Assembly: GCF_006345805.1 (NCBI RefSeq)
Contig: NC_043018.1
Span: 26,908,001 to 26,972,000, forward strand
Length of the DNA stretch: 64,000 bases
Direction of reading: 5' to 3'
From: Octopus sinensis
Lineage: Eukaryota
Position numbers and translations under genes: made by a program
In this document: piece after piece, positions 1-12,648 of the stretch
Layout of the letters: the number at the start of each line of letters is the position of its first letter
Numbering within the stretch: the stretch's first letter is position 1
The notes under the pieces: generated by a model
What the model was told of the DNA's origin: nothing
The model's database searches: none
The model's input: only the letters and a program-made list of their open reading frames with translations

Positions 1-297
1 GGTTTTGCGTATGTCTAAATCATTTAATTGTAATACATTGTAATAAAACTGACGAGCGAAGAGAAATTTTTCAGATTTTAAGAGGCTACTTCAGATTGCA
101 GTTTTTTTTAAATTTGTTTTTAGTCATGGAACTATGGTCAAGCTGGCAGGGGTGGGGTTTTTATTTATGTGTTTTGGTCAATCATAGTGATAGTTTATTA
201 ATCTATATTTTACAAATTGGAGAAGTCGTCGTTAATTTTGCCATCACAGCAGTCTTTTAAAACTGGTGGGATTGTGTCAAAAAAATTTCTCCCTTTC

Positions 298-304
<7 letters not shown>

Positions 305-360
<56 letters not shown>
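305..360. repeat. (TG)n microsatellite
   Basis: Pure TG run; explains the CVCV/HTHT ORFs. Confidence 0.95.
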
Positions 361-361
<1 letters not shown>

Positions 362-650
362 AGGCGCAATGGCCCAGTGGTCATGGCAGCGGACTCGCGG
401 TCGTAGGATTGCGGTTTCGATTCCCAGACCGGGCGTTGTGTTTATTGAGCGAAAACACCCAAAACTCCACGAGGCCCCAGCAGGGGGTGGTGGCGATCCC
501 TGCTGTACTCTTTCGCTACAAATTCTCTCACTCTTTCTTCTGCAGCCTGCTCGCTTAGCCAGCAGGGTGGCGTCATTTGAAGGCTTAAACAATGCGAAGC
601 GCATTGTGACCAGCGATGTGTAGCAACATCTGATAGCCTGGTCGGTCACA
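360..650 (+). mobile_element. tRNA-derived SINE (family 3)
   Basis: Head ggaggcgcaatggcccagtgg (A box) ... ggtttcgattcc (B box); related heads at 8120-8200(-), 9190-9240(+), 16230-17887(-). Confidence 0.7.
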
Positions 651-802
651 AGATATATACGCACACACGCGCACGCACGCACACACACACACACACAGGG
701 TCATACCATAAATAATGCGGTTTTTTCAATTGCATGAACTTTAAGTCGTCGGAGAGGCACTGGATAAACTACCTGCATCGACTTGCTATAAAAGCAGGTA
801 GT

Positions 803-1610
803 CTCCCCACAGACATCAAGCCCACCCATTCCCTTCCTTCACAAAATAGAAAGAAGAGAAACAGACACAAAATACAAAAAAATTCCCTCCACAGTGAAAC
901 AGGATATGTATGCGTTTTAACGGAAGATGCACAGGAGGAACTGATCAATGAGGTGACTGGATGGAGAACGGCAAAATATGTGGATATGAAAGGACAGGCA
1001 ATTGTAGTGGGTTGGGACATGTGTATGTTGGTGTCGCAAGTTCAAAGGGATGTAATTGTTAAATATATATTTCTTTACTGCCCACAAGGGGCTAAACACA
1101 GAGGGGATAAACAAGGACAGACACACAGACTAAGTAGATTCCATCGACCCAGTGCGTAACTGGTACTTAATTTATCGACCCCGAAAGGATGAAAGGCAAA
1201 GTCGACCTCGGCAGAATTTGAACATAGAACGTAACTCAGACGAAATACGGCTACGCATTTCGCCCGGCGTGCTAACGTTTCTGCCAGCTCGCCGCCTTTG
1301 TAATTGTTAAATATAAAAGGGGATATAAGTGTTGGAAGACGGACATAGATATAAAAAGGATACCATGAAGAATAGGGTACGAGGAGCTACTAGAAAAATT
1401 TAATCTAGACGTTCTAAAACTATCAGGACTTAAAATGAAGTGACGTTGCTAGACGTGGGACTAGCAGCTCATTTTCATTTAATCATTTTCATGAATCATA
1501 CTTATCATAACTGAATTGTTTTTTTATTCAATTTTTTTTTTTGTTATTTGTCCTCACATGTGTTTGTGTTGTCCCATGTGTGTTGGCCCCTTGTGGGCAA
1601 TAAAAAAATC
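803..1610 (+). mobile_element. Insertion in the mariner relic ending in a Tx1-type 3' end
   Basis: Ends gttgtcccatgtgtgttggccccttgtgggcaataaaaaaat, matching the 3' ends of the Tx1 elements at 45335-45374 and 50487-50529; identity of the 5' part uncertain. Confidence 0.5.
1068..1298 (-). mobile_element. tRNA-derived SINE (family 1, Nin/Deu-like central domain, Tx1-like tail)
   Basis: Full copy; central gcctttcatcctttcggggtcgataaa..aagtaccag; 17-bp TSD tgtaattgttaaatata (1051-1067 / 1299-1315). Confidence 0.9.
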
Positions 1611-2899
1611 CACTTATTCTTAGTGCCGTTCAATTTTAACAGTTAGTTTTTCAAAGCCATAATGTAAGTGACAAAGGAGCATATTCGGCATATTTTGCTT
1701 TATGAGTTCAATAAAGGCAACAACGAAACGGAAAGTGTGAAGAATATTAATGCAGTATAACCTACTGACTTCTTTCTGCTTTCGTCTCTTAAATGTTCTA
1801 AACGATTCAGCTGACAAAATGACCCTTGGCCCTTTGACCCTACAGTATTATAGGATTGTTGTTTATCTTTTTACTTGTTTCTGTTATTAGGGGGCAGCCA
1901 TGGTGGGGCACCGTTGTGAAGATTGGACAATAAGCGTAAGACAGTGTCTACGGTGGTTCCAGGAATTCCGAGCCGGAAACTACAGCCTAAAAGACGAGCC
2001 TCATCCTGAAAGATCTGTAGAGCTCGACGAGGACGTCCGGAAAACCCTGGTGGAACAAAATCCCATCGTAACTGATGAGGAACTAGCAGAGAAGCTTGGA
2101 TTTGGTAATTCAACCATTCGACGTCTACATGCCATCGGAAAACTAAGCAAATTGGGTCAATGGGTTCCTCACAAACTTTCCGATACTAATCACGAGCAGA
2201 GAGTGAACGTGTGCTCTTCTTTGCTGCCACGTCTCACCAATGAACCTTTTTGGGACCGGTGTAGTCTTTCCATTTTTAAAAAGTATGTTGCATGCGATTC
2301 GATAGAAGTTTGGCTGCTATTTCTAGCAAGTTTTGTGACTACATAAAGGTTCCAAGACTCACCCGTTTGTTATGTAAGTTCTTTTCATTCATTTAAATAA
2401 AAAATCAACAAAGAACTTGAAGGAAATTTCACTGAATTCCCATGAAAGTTGCTTCTATTATTCCCAAGCGAATGTCACCTACATGTTGAAGCCTGAATTG
2501 ACAACTTTGTCAATTCTGTCTGCACCTCAGCGATTCCTACCCTGAATTTTGTGTGTTTTAGAGAGAGAGGGTTGTAAAAAAATTTGTGAAAATGAAATGC
2601 CAAGCAGCCGACAAAACTCACTCACACAAACCCGTGCGCAAACGTACTTAACTCCACATCCAGTAAACACCTTCATGCACGTTCACACACAAATCTCCAT
2701 AGACATATTCACATATTCTATGAGTACATACGTTCACACACGAACAGTCAGATATACATTTTCACACACATACACACCACGCAAGCGTACGTTGACATGG
2801 GTGATACAATTCAGTCCGTTCAGAGATTTAACGTTTTACCGAATATGCACGGACACTCAGGAAGACTTAGCGAAAATTTGGGGCGATGGAGATTGTAGA

Positions 2900-3610
2900 G
2901 AGGGTGAAAGGATAAGAGTGGAGAATGAGAGAGGGGGAGAAATAAAGAGAGATATGGAGAGAGAGAGAGAAAGAGAGGGGGGAGGAAGGGGGGAGAGGGA
3001 GGGCGGGCGGAGGGAAGAGAGAGAGAGAGGGAGGTCGGAGGGAAGAGAGAGAGAGGGAGGTCGGAGGGAAAGGAGAGAGAGAGAGGGAGGGGAGAGAGAG
3101 AGAGAGGAAGGGAGGAGGAAAGAGAGAGAGGTAAGGCGGAGGGAAGAGAGAGAGGAAGGGCGGAGGGAAGAGAGAGAGAGGAAAGGCGGAGGGGAGAGAG
3201 AGAGGAAGGGCGGAGGGAAGAGAGAGAGGAAGGGCGGAGGGAAGAGAGAGAGGAAGGGCGGAGGGAAGAGAGAGAGGAAGGGCGGAGGGGAGAGAGAGAG
3301 GAAGGGCGGAGGGGAGAGAGAGAGAGGAAGGGAGGAGGGGAGAGAGAGAGAGGAAGGGCGGAGGGGAGAGAGAGAGGAAGGGAGGAGGGGAGAGAGAGAG
3401 AGGAAGGGCGGAGGGGAGAGAGAGAGAGGAAGGGCAGAGGGGAGAGAGAGAGAGGAAGGGCGGAGGGAAGAGAGAAAGAGGAAGGGAGGATAAAAACAGA
3501 GAGGGAAGTGAGAAAGAGGGTAGAAACAGTGAAAGGGAAGGGATTAGAGAAGGGAACAGTGAGAGGGGAAACAGAGTGGAGAGAGAAACAGAGGTAAGGG
3601 AGAGAGAAAA
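2900..3610. repeat. GA-rich purine tract with ~24-bp gagaggaagggcggagggaagaga-like units
   Basis: Visible periodicity; source of spurious ORFs 2549-3493 and 2867-3700. Confidence 0.9.
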
Positions 3611-3879
3611 ATCGATAACAGAGAAAGGGTGGATTAGGCGCAGAGTCACCGAATGACTTAAGTTCTCTTCGTAATCACAAGGTCTGACGTTCGATCCCAT
3701 GGTGTAGCGTTCTTAAATAAGTGTAATTTTCTATAACCTAAGAACCCAGATTCCTCGAGCGAAATTAGACAGACAGAAACTGTATAGAAGCCCGTCGGAT
3801 GGATAGTAACAGTAATTCAAAATATCAGCTTTGTCACACCGCGGCCCTGATTCTGTCTGAGAATTACAGTAAGGGTACA

Positions 3880-4292
3880 GGATCTTTTCGGTTTGAACGG
3901 CAGTTATTTTCTAGCGGTGTCATATGAAACTGTCACCCATAATTATGACCCTAGTATCGATCTATTGCATTTCAATCTGTTTTAGGGTTAGGGGGAAGGG
4001 TATCTTTTTTTTCTTCACAAATGTAAATAAACCCAATCTGTTTCTTAAACGAGGGACATATTCATATGGCACAGAATGGTTTTTTTTTTACCTCAATAGA
4101 CGTCAGTGATTGGTTGAAATTGCAGAAATTGAAGAAAAAACAACAACAAATATCTTACAAACTATAGAATTTTCTCAATAAAACCAAGAGAAAAAGATGT
4201 TTTATAAACACATTCTACCAGTATACGAAGTTTAAAATTTTTTAGTTACATAGAAATTATGTTAAAAACTGCCGTTCAAACCGAAAAGATCC
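3880..4292. mobile_element. MITE with GGATC termini and 8-bp TSD
   Basis: TIR ggatcttttcggtttgaacggcagtt / aactgccgttcaaaccgaaaagatcc; TSD agggtaca both sides. Confidence 0.92.
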
Positions 4293-4582
4293 AGGGTACA
4301 AGTGTCTGTGGAGTACTCAGCCACTTACATGCTAATTCATTGAGTTCAGCTGATTGACCCGAGTCATCGCAGGAAATTTTGGCGAAGATTCAATACACGG
4401 ATACACACACAGACCCTTCCACCAAACCTCCGATACCCCATTCATACAACCCCCCATACTCTACATACACCTCCTCCCTGATTCACAAATACACCGATTC
4501 ACCTTATCTATGGACATTTACAATAAGGTGAACCCTAAGCAAGCAGTACAACTTTTTAGCCGTCTCTGCAATGTCAAATACC

Positions 4583-4815
4583 TATTTATTTATTACCCAC
4601 AAGGGGTTAAACATAGAGTGGACAAACAAGGACAGACATAGGTATTAAGTCGATTACATCGACCTCAGTGCGTAACTGGTACTTATTTAATCGACCCTGA
4701 AAGGATGAAAGGCAAAGTTGACCTCGGCGGAATTTGAACTCAGAACGCAACGGCAGACGAAATACGGCTACGCATTTCGCCCGGCGTGCTAACGTTTCTG
4801 CCAGCTCGCCGCCTT
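4583..4815 (-). mobile_element. SINE family 1
   Basis: Full copy; 13-bp TSD aatgtcaaatacc (4570-4582 / 4816-4828). Confidence 0.9.
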
Positions 4816-4828
4816 AATGTCAAATACC

Positions 4829-5170
4829 CTTTGTCCCTGGGTCAGGGGTAGGTGCCTCATCCAAGACGCCACAGTCTGAGACTCTTTTGCTCCTTCGCAC
4901 ATTCTGGATGCTGCGGTAACTGGGAGGGTCACTGCTTTCGTAGCCGAACGGAACAAAATCCCTAAGGATCAGGACTTGTCAGTGAACCCATTTCTTCCAG
5001 CCTGTCGCGTTCGAGACGTTTCGATGAACTGGGCCACTAATGGCGAAGTTCCTGTCTCGCCTCACAGAGATGTCAGGCGATGCCTGTGAGGGTGCTTGGC
5101 TGTCCTAATGCCTTAGCCTCGCCATCGCCCGCAGTAATGCCGCGAGCGTGTTGGCTCACTCCTGTAGGTT
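4829..5170 (+). pseudogene. C-terminal restriction-like endonuclease (REL) fragment of a CRE-like non-LTR retrotransposon
   Basis: Frameshifted translation PWVRGRCLIQDATV*DSFAPSHI...AERNKIPKDQDL..HFFQPVAFETF..GP...SRLTEMSGD...LSLAIARSNAASVL, as in REL-domain C-termini. Confidence 0.65.
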
Positions 5171-6520
5171 CCGTTGAACCTTGTGGTGCGAGACCATTGA
5201 AGCATGCTTGCATGGGCCCCTGCATAGGAGGTGCAGAGTATGCAAGCACACTTAAAATTTTTAGTGGTTGTAAAATCAAAATTTGCACACCTACATACGT
5301 TTCTTGGGTTTAGAATACAGGGCGTAAAAAGAAACTCGAAGTTAGGTTTCTTCTCAAAGAACTTTTTAAAAAAACAAAAAAAAAAAAACAAACAAAAGGA
5401 CCTTGTTTATAAAAAATTTTGAACCTGGGTTTGCACCACTTAAACAAATTTCGTCCCTGAGCTATAGCAAGATTGTGCTTTCTTTGATTTTGGATTTGTA
5501 TTTGAATGTGATTTTATATTATATGTATCGGCGTAACTTCGGTATAGGTACCGGAAGTACCGGATACATTTCAAGAAAGTGTTTTTTTTATATATATATG
5601 GGGGGTTAGGGTTTGTGTTAGGGGCGGGAGAAAAGGGTTTCTGTTATCTTCAGAAATGTAAACAAAGCCACTTCCGGTACTTACAGTACCTATACCGAAG
5701 GATCGCCTATGTATCTTATATCAGGTTCGTTTATACTATTTTTTTTTCTTTTGCTATCTCTCCATGACAGAAAAAGTGAGGCTGATCTGGTGGGTATTGA
5801 TCCGGTCCATTATCCAAAAATACGCCACGTAGGAATCAATGAAATTAGATTTATACAGAGGTTATTATGTGGGAAAAAAAGACAAAGACAGAAAAAAAGA
5901 CAAAGACAGAAAAAAGGAAAAAAATGCTGAGTGAATAAACGAAAGAGCGCGTGAAATGGATAACGCAAGGTCGACAGGATGTGACTTCTTTATAAACAAA
6001 GCTTACAAAGTAGGCCACAAGGAAATTCATTTTCAACACCATCTGTGAAGCGTAATAACAATAGGAAGGCAAATTGTCCTTAATCATTGTTAAATCTATT
6101 CTCTTAACAATTTTGTCTCAATTATTCGTAATCATACTGTTTTTATTGAAAAAAAATAAATAAATAAAATGGCGACAAAGTTTAACTGTCTCCAATGTAG
6201 ACGGACAGTACTTTTTGGCTATTTTGTTACGTTTATTTAACGAGCCGTCACAGAATTAAACTTTCCCGGGCAATTGTATCAACGACCTGGTTTCGATTTC
6301 CGGTTGTCGCTACATTTTGAATTCACTTCATTGCCGCTTCTAATGACCGAGGGAACACCACAGCTATACCAAATAAATTACAAATAAACTGGCTGATTCA
6401 TATCTTTTTGTCAAAATTTCTACTACCAAGATATCTGTTTATCTAGCTCTCAGTTCTTTATCAATAGAGGGTTGGCCAAAAGTCACCTGACAGTAAATCA
6501 AAAATAGCATCAATATTTAA

Positions 6521-7140
6521 TACTCTTTTACTCTTTTACTTGTTTCAGTCATTTGACTGTAGTCATGCTGGAGCACAGCCTTTAGTCGAGCAAATAGACT
6601 CCAGGACTTATTCTTTGTAAGTCTAGTACTTATTCTATCAGTCTCTTTTGCCGAACCGCTAAGTTACAGGGATGTGAACACACCAGCATCGGTTGTCAAA
6701 CGATGTTGGGGGGACAAACACAGACACACAAACATACACACACACACACACACACATATATATACGACGGGTTTCTTTCATTTTCCGTCTACCAAATCCA
6801 CTCACAAGGCTTTGGTCGGCCCGAGGCTATAGTAGAAGACACTTGCCCAAGGTGCCATGCAGTGGGATTGAACCCGGAACTATGTGGTTGGTAAGCAAGC
6901 TACTTACCTATTTCTTTATTGCCCACAAGGGGCTAAACATAGTGGGGACAAACAAGGACAGACAAACGGGTTAAGTCGATTATATCGATCCCAGTGCGTA
7001 ACTGGTACATATTTAATCGACCCCGAAAGGATGAAAGGCAAAGTCGACCTCGGCGGAATTTGAACTCCCAACGTAACGGCAGACGAAATACTGCCAGCTG
7101 CCGCCTTGGTAAGCAAGCTACTTACCACACAGCTACTCCT
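6521..7140 (-). mobile_element. SINE family 2 (tRNA head, CORE-like block, CA repeat) with nested family-1 SINE at 6909-7105
   Basis: gcaccttgggcaagtgtcttc CORE-like block, gtaaaagagtaaaagag tail; nested copy flanked by (tt)ggtaagcaagctacttacc duplication. Confidence 0.88.
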
Positions 7141-7502
7141 ACAACTATATGTCACTTTTTCAAATTTGCGCTACAGATTTTCTGTAGACAGTAGAGCCAC
7201 AATGAGAGTTGCGACGTCTCGAAACGAAACAAATATAAACAATGCAATAAAATAATAGAAAAATTGGTAATTGGTGTATCTGGATATTTCAGGAATTCTT
7301 GCGTCTTCTTCAGTTCCAGATCCAACTCATTAATCACCCTCGAACACCTTGACGTATCCGTATACGAAACGTCGTGACTCTCAGTGCTGACTCTACTTTC
7401 CATGATTGAATAGCATTGCTAACACAAGTAGGACAGATACATAAGCTTTTAATATACTTGGTGAAACGAAATACAGCGTCCCGACAGCAATTTATATATA
7501 CA

Positions 7503-7718
7503 CACTTTCTCGACTTACGACCATTCGTACATACGACCACAAGAAACAGGACATATATATTTTTCACATTCTGTGCAATAATTATGTATTAAATTTTTGT
7601 GTTTGATATTTCTATAACCCGTTTGAATGAAAATGGTGTTGATATAAATCCGACATACGACCAAATCGACTTACGACTTGTCAGTCGGAACTGAAATTGG
7701 TCGTAAGTTGAGAAGGTG
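7503..7718. mobile_element. Tigger/pogo-like MITE
   Basis: TIRs cactttctcgacttacgacca / tggtcgtaagttgagaaggtg; internal cgacttacgac repeats; TA-rich flanks. Confidence 0.7.
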
Positions 7719-7997
7719 TATAACAGGAAATTTTTAGGTATTATTCATTCACTATTACATGTGTTTCATTTGCTAATAGGAATTACAAAGATTTACATGT
7801 TATATACACATGTAAAGAATTTCCTATCAGAAATTCGTCAGATACAGAAACTTTTTATAATAACTCTGCAAATAATATTTCCATAATTCTCAATTTTAAT
7901 GTGTGTCTTAATTTACATAGAACTGTAACTATGAATACATTTATTTGTAATGGAATAAGCAGATGTGCTTCAAGAGAGAACAGCTGGTTAAGGTTTT

Positions 7998-8200
7998 AAG
8001 GCGGCGAGCTGGCAGAAACGTTAGCACGCCAGGAGAAAAGCGTAGCCGTATTTCGTCTGCCGTTACGTTCTGAGTTCAAATTCCGCCGAGGTCGACTTTA
8101 CCTTTCATCCTTTCGGGATGCATCGCCCAGCCCAGGAATCGAAACCACAATCTTACGATCATGAGTCCAACACCTTAACCACTAAGCCACGCGCCTCTAC
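7998..8200. mobile_element. 5' half of SINE family 1 (+) fused to a SINE family 3 head (-)
   Basis: aggcggcgagctggcag...cctttcatcctttcggg followed by gaatcgaaacc...ccactaagccacgcgcct. Confidence 0.75.
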
Positions 8201-8446
8201 TATACATACATACATACATACATAACGCACACATCGGGGCTTTCTTCCAAGGAATCTAATGCGCTTGGCTTAGATTTTCCTTTGGGGCTGGCCAGATCGG
8301 AGCAATCTCAAGATTAATCAGCCGAAATTGCGAAGATGATCCGGTTCTTGACTGAAGATTGAAGGCTTCGAATGTCTCGTCCGTGTTTTTTGTATCGTCT
8401 TCTAAAAATGTTTTACGTTCTTGTCCCAGTTTGTGTTTTTTACATT

Positions 8447-8484
<38 letters not shown>

Positions 8485-8768
8485 ACACTGACTTCTTTCA
8501 GCGCCCGTCTACCAAATCCACTGACAAGGCTTTGGTTGGCCCGAGGCTGTTTTTTGATCTTTTACGCGAAGGCTCTTGTCTTCACAATAGTTATTCTTGC
8601 TGTTCTTACAATGTCAAAACAAATGTCGTATAACTTCTGTAAAAACTCGTTTTGGCAGATTTTGACATTTTAGTGGAAAAACATAAAATAGAAATGGGCA
8701 GTAAAATTTGAATGGCCTTGAGTGACATGTAAATTTTACAGATGAATATGTGAAGAGAAGCTATTAAT

Positions 8769-9137
8769 AACAAGAGCACTGAGAAAGGGCAAACCTCCGC
8801 CAAGGCAACACCAATGTCCTCTCGACGATTAGCCAGAGAGGATTTTTTAAAAACGAGAATATCTGAAATAAACTCGACTGCTCTCACAAACGAGAATACT
8901 AAAAATGAACCCGAGCACTCTCAAAAATAAAAAAAAAAAAAACAGGAAAAAATAATCCCAAATCCTTGTCCGGTACCGGATCAATCCCCAAATCTAATCA
9001 GTTCGTATCAGTCACGAGGCCAAACATCCTTGAAAGTTTCATCCGAATTCATCCAGCAGTTCTTGAGATATCTTGTCCAAGGACAAACAAACACGACTGA
9101 AAACAACACCCCCGCCTTCGCGAAGGCGGAGGGAACA
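8769..9137 (-). mobile_element. Helentron-associated (HINE/DINE-1-like) non-autonomous element
   Basis: Palindrome ccgccttcgcgaaggcgg at one end, matching cctccgccaaggc near the other, short gttt repeat; partial second copy at 23564-23710(+). Confidence 0.6.
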
Positions 9138-10101
9138 AGTTGAATTCTAAAGCATAGTATTGTTTTGTACCTACGTTAACCTAATCTGTGGAGGCACGTG
9201 GCTTAGTGGTTCGGGTATTAAACTCATGATCGTAAGGCTTAATAGGCCGATCACGTGAAACTACTATGGTTAGGTCGTGATTTATGACTGGTTACCGAGG
9301 AGTTCGGCTTCGAATCACTGATACAGCTTCAAACCCTTCCTATAGGCCACCTTCCATTCTAAAAAGTCTTCTATAATTCATATCCACACTGTTTTTGATT
9401 TATGCTTTGTTGAATCAACGAGGATGAGCCGACATACGTGGTATTCACTTCTCTTGCTAGATACAGTAGTCTAATATTTCCCTCAAATTACAATATATCT
9501 AGTAACATAAAAACAGAAAGAGCGCATTGAACATTGTAGTCCCCGATATATAAGATGGGATGGTCATGGCTGAAACGCTTTCCAAGATAAATTTGCTCAA
9601 TCAGAGTTAAACTGGGGCTGAACAGCAACTATGTTCCATTCTCGTTAACCAAGGAGTTTGTATACGGTTATTCGACTGGCTAGAAACAGCGGCCAAATCT
9701 CCATTAAATCTCACCATACAATACATTGGATAATGCAGTCCTAGAGAAACTATGACATAACATAGAGAATACTCTTTGAACAGATTAGACCAATGGTTAA
9801 ACAACATTGGGCAGTATAGTTCCCAATATAAAAAAAAAAGATGAGATGGCCATGGTTGTAACACCATCATAGCTATCTGCTCAATCGGGGCTGACCTGGA
9901 GTTAAACAAAAATATCTTTCATTCTAGTCAACGACGGAGCTCTGTGAGGTAGATCGACCGGCGAGAAAGAGTAGTCAAATGGCGTTTAACTTTTTGCATT
10001 GCATGTAATACACAAGACATATCTTCCTGGCGTTCACCGCCTTTTTTTTTCCAACCTCCAGAATTACTTGGGACTTATGGAAAGAAGGTTTTACATCATA
10101 T

Positions 10102-10265
10102 AGGCGTATGAGTGGCTGTGTAGTAAGTAGCTTACTTACGAACCATATGGTTCTGGGTTCATTCCCACTGTGTGGCACCTTGGGCAAGTGTCTTCTGCTA
10201 TAGCCTCGGGCCGACCAAAACCTTGTGAGTGGATTTGGTAGATGGAAACTGAAAGAAGCCCGTCG

Positions 10266-10299
<34 letters not shown>

Positions 10300-10512
10300 C
10301 GTGTGTGTGTGTGTGTGTCCCTCCAACATTGCTTGACAACCGATGCTGGTGTGTTTACGTCCCCGTAACTTAGCGGTTCGGCAAAAAGAGACCGATAGAA
10401 TAAGTACTAATCTTACACATAATGAGTCCTGGGGTCGACTTGCTCGACTAAAGGGCGGTGCTCCAGCATGGCCGCAGTCACATGACTGAAACAAGTAAAA
10501 GGGTAAAAAGAG
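10102..10512 (+). mobile_element. SINE family 2, full length
   Basis: tggctgtgtagtaag A box, ggttcattccc B box, CORE-like block, TG repeat, gtaaaa tail. Confidence 0.88.
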
Positions 10513-11060
10513 TATTACTCAGAATGTATGAAACAAGAGCTAATTTAAATGTCTGAAAACTGGTGCGGACGTTTTGGACAAACATATCAAAATGCTTTTG
10601 ACAGAGAGAAGGTTAAGGATGGATATTCCTCAGTCTTATTCCGTTGCCTGCCCTGCATGTTATATGTGACACCCAGAACATATTTCATATTTCCTTGGCA
10701 TCCACGACAAACTTATGAAAAAGCTATGAAACTATAAATCTTATGTAAAAAAAAAATGAACACATTGGATAAAGTAATTCTAGAAAGACTATGACAATAT
10801 CAAAAGGGATAAGACACTTGGTTCAGAGGTCAGTTTGACCAGAGCAAACCTGTGGCTGATCAACAACGTCCTATCTTTAGAAACAATTGCATCAGATCAA
10901 ATTTATTTACGTCATCCAACGAGACTCGTCTCCCAACCTTTACTCTCAACATCAATATCACCGCCGCCGCTACTAAACCAAATCAAACATCTTGTATACG
11001 ATTTCATTAGGAGAAACAAATGCTGCTAAATATAACCGATTCATCTTACACACACGCATT

Positions 11061-11102
<42 letters not shown>

Positions 11103-11935
11103 TAGATATATGGTAATTTTGTTGAGCAAAGTTGACAGACAAGATATAACACTCACGCACAGCAGCCACAGAAAAATGGAAGACAACACATGGCAAACAC
11201 CGACCAATCACCTTCACACGTCATCACTATCTCCACTGTCACCACCCCTCCTCAATCATCACTGCCACTTCCGCTATCACCGCCACTATTTCCGCCATTA
11301 CTATCATCCTCATTACTACTCGTAATCTCCAGTCGCCATAGCCGTCGCCACTAACTCATCATTACCGCTACATTCATACCACCACATCTACCCCCATTGA
11401 CATCACCACCATTATTATCCATCGCTAATATCTTACACCTCCTACGTACAACTACCAACGCTACTAAAACCATCATCACTACCACTATTTCTGTCACAAT
11501 CTTTTCTACACATCAATTCAGAATTTCCACCATATTGCTGTCTACAATTACGTTCTTAATACATATAAATCACGTCGGTCGTCTGCCTTTTAATCTCGTA
11601 TTAACGAGAATTCATTAAAGATATGCTCAAGCCTTATAACTTCAAGGTGACAACTAGAAATACCAACCAGACTTCTCTTAAAATCGCACCCCAAATAATA
11701 ATAAAGACATTGGCTAACGTAATCCGAAACATATTTGTGTCAAACGGATAATCGTGTTGGGAATGTCTTCGCTTATAAGTCAGTTCAAAACAAAATGGCG
11801 TTGATCTGCTTCAATGATGGCGACTAGATTTAATCCTCGGAATGTCCAGGTTTAAGTTCCTAATAATCTTGTCACAAATGTATGTACAAAATATTTTGCA
11901 GCAGTTCTTCCGGCTCTTTACGTTCCGAGTTCAAA

Positions 11936-12020
11936 TGCTGCCATGAAGTGCAGCTTTAGGGCCAAGAGAATTCCAAGATATCGCCGCCCAAATCATCACT
12001 GACCCATCTCCATACTTCTT
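11936..12020 (-). pseudogene. Short Tc1-like transposase fragment
   Basis: KYGDGSVMIWAAISWNSLGP resembles the Tc1 GGGSVMVWG motif. Confidence 0.55.
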
Positions 12021-12054
12021 CGGGTTGTCTTCAGTTGTCAGACACGAGTTGATA

Positions 12055-12440
12055 TATATGGGAAAAAAAAAGTCAAGATAGAAAATGCTAAAATATTTTT
12101 CTAAGAAACATTTCAGTACCGGTTTCAGCCAGTGAGACCTTTTCAACTGTAAGTATGGAAAACAATTAAATTTTGGAAAAATTAAAAGAAACGTTTTTTT
12201 AAAAGAATATTTGTATAGTGTTCAAATACAAGTGGCATTTTCCTTGTTTCTGCCTGTCTCTGTCTCAGTTGTTTACTCTTATGGGTTGACTATGCAAATA
12301 TTCTTTTAAAAAACTTTTTTAATTTTTCCAAAATTTAATTGTCTTCCATGCTTACAGTTGAAAAAGTCTCAATGACTGAAACCGGTACTAAAATGTTTTT
12401 TTATAAAATTATTTTAGCATTTTCTATCTTGACATTTTTT

Positions 12441-12447
<7 letters not shown>
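12055..12447. mobile_element. Inverted (fold-back) Penelope-like terminal-repeat relic with two minimal hammerhead motifs
   Basis: ~165-bp inverted arms around a ~70-bp spacer; hammerhead-like motifs at 12114-12149(-) and 12355-12390(+). Confidence 0.65.
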
Positions 12448-12486
<39 letters not shown>

Positions 12487-12488
<2 letters not shown>

Positions 12489-12648
12489 GGGATTTTTTCA
12501 GTTTCCGTCTACCAAATCCACTCACAAGGTTTTAGTCGGCCCGAGCCTATAGTAGAAGATACTTGCACAAGGTGTCACGTAGTGTGACTGAACCCGGAAC
12601 CGTGTGGTTGGGAAGCAAGCTTCTTACCCAACAGCCACGCCTGCGCCT
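12487..12648 (-). mobile_element. SINE family 2, 5' half
   Basis: Matches head and CORE-like block of 10102-10512. Confidence 0.8.

Larger units (their letters stand above)
697..2262 (+). pseudogene. Fragmented mariner (Mos1-like) transposase relic: 5' end 697-802, N-terminus 1611-1759, HTH region 1919-2262
   Basis: 5' end gggtcataccataa resembles the TIR at 51626; 1662-1759 reads M*VTKEHIRHILLYEFNKGNN...; ORF 1900-2346 has RWFQEFRAGNYSLKDE and GQWVPHKL (WVPHxL motif). Confidence 0.75.

Noticed and set aside
360-440. tRNA genes at SINE heads
   Set aside because: A/B boxes are present but no clean cloverleaf, and they continue into SINE bodies.
2549-3700. 314-aa R/E/G-rich and 277-aa L/S/P-rich ORFs
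   Set aside because: GA-rich low-complexity tract.
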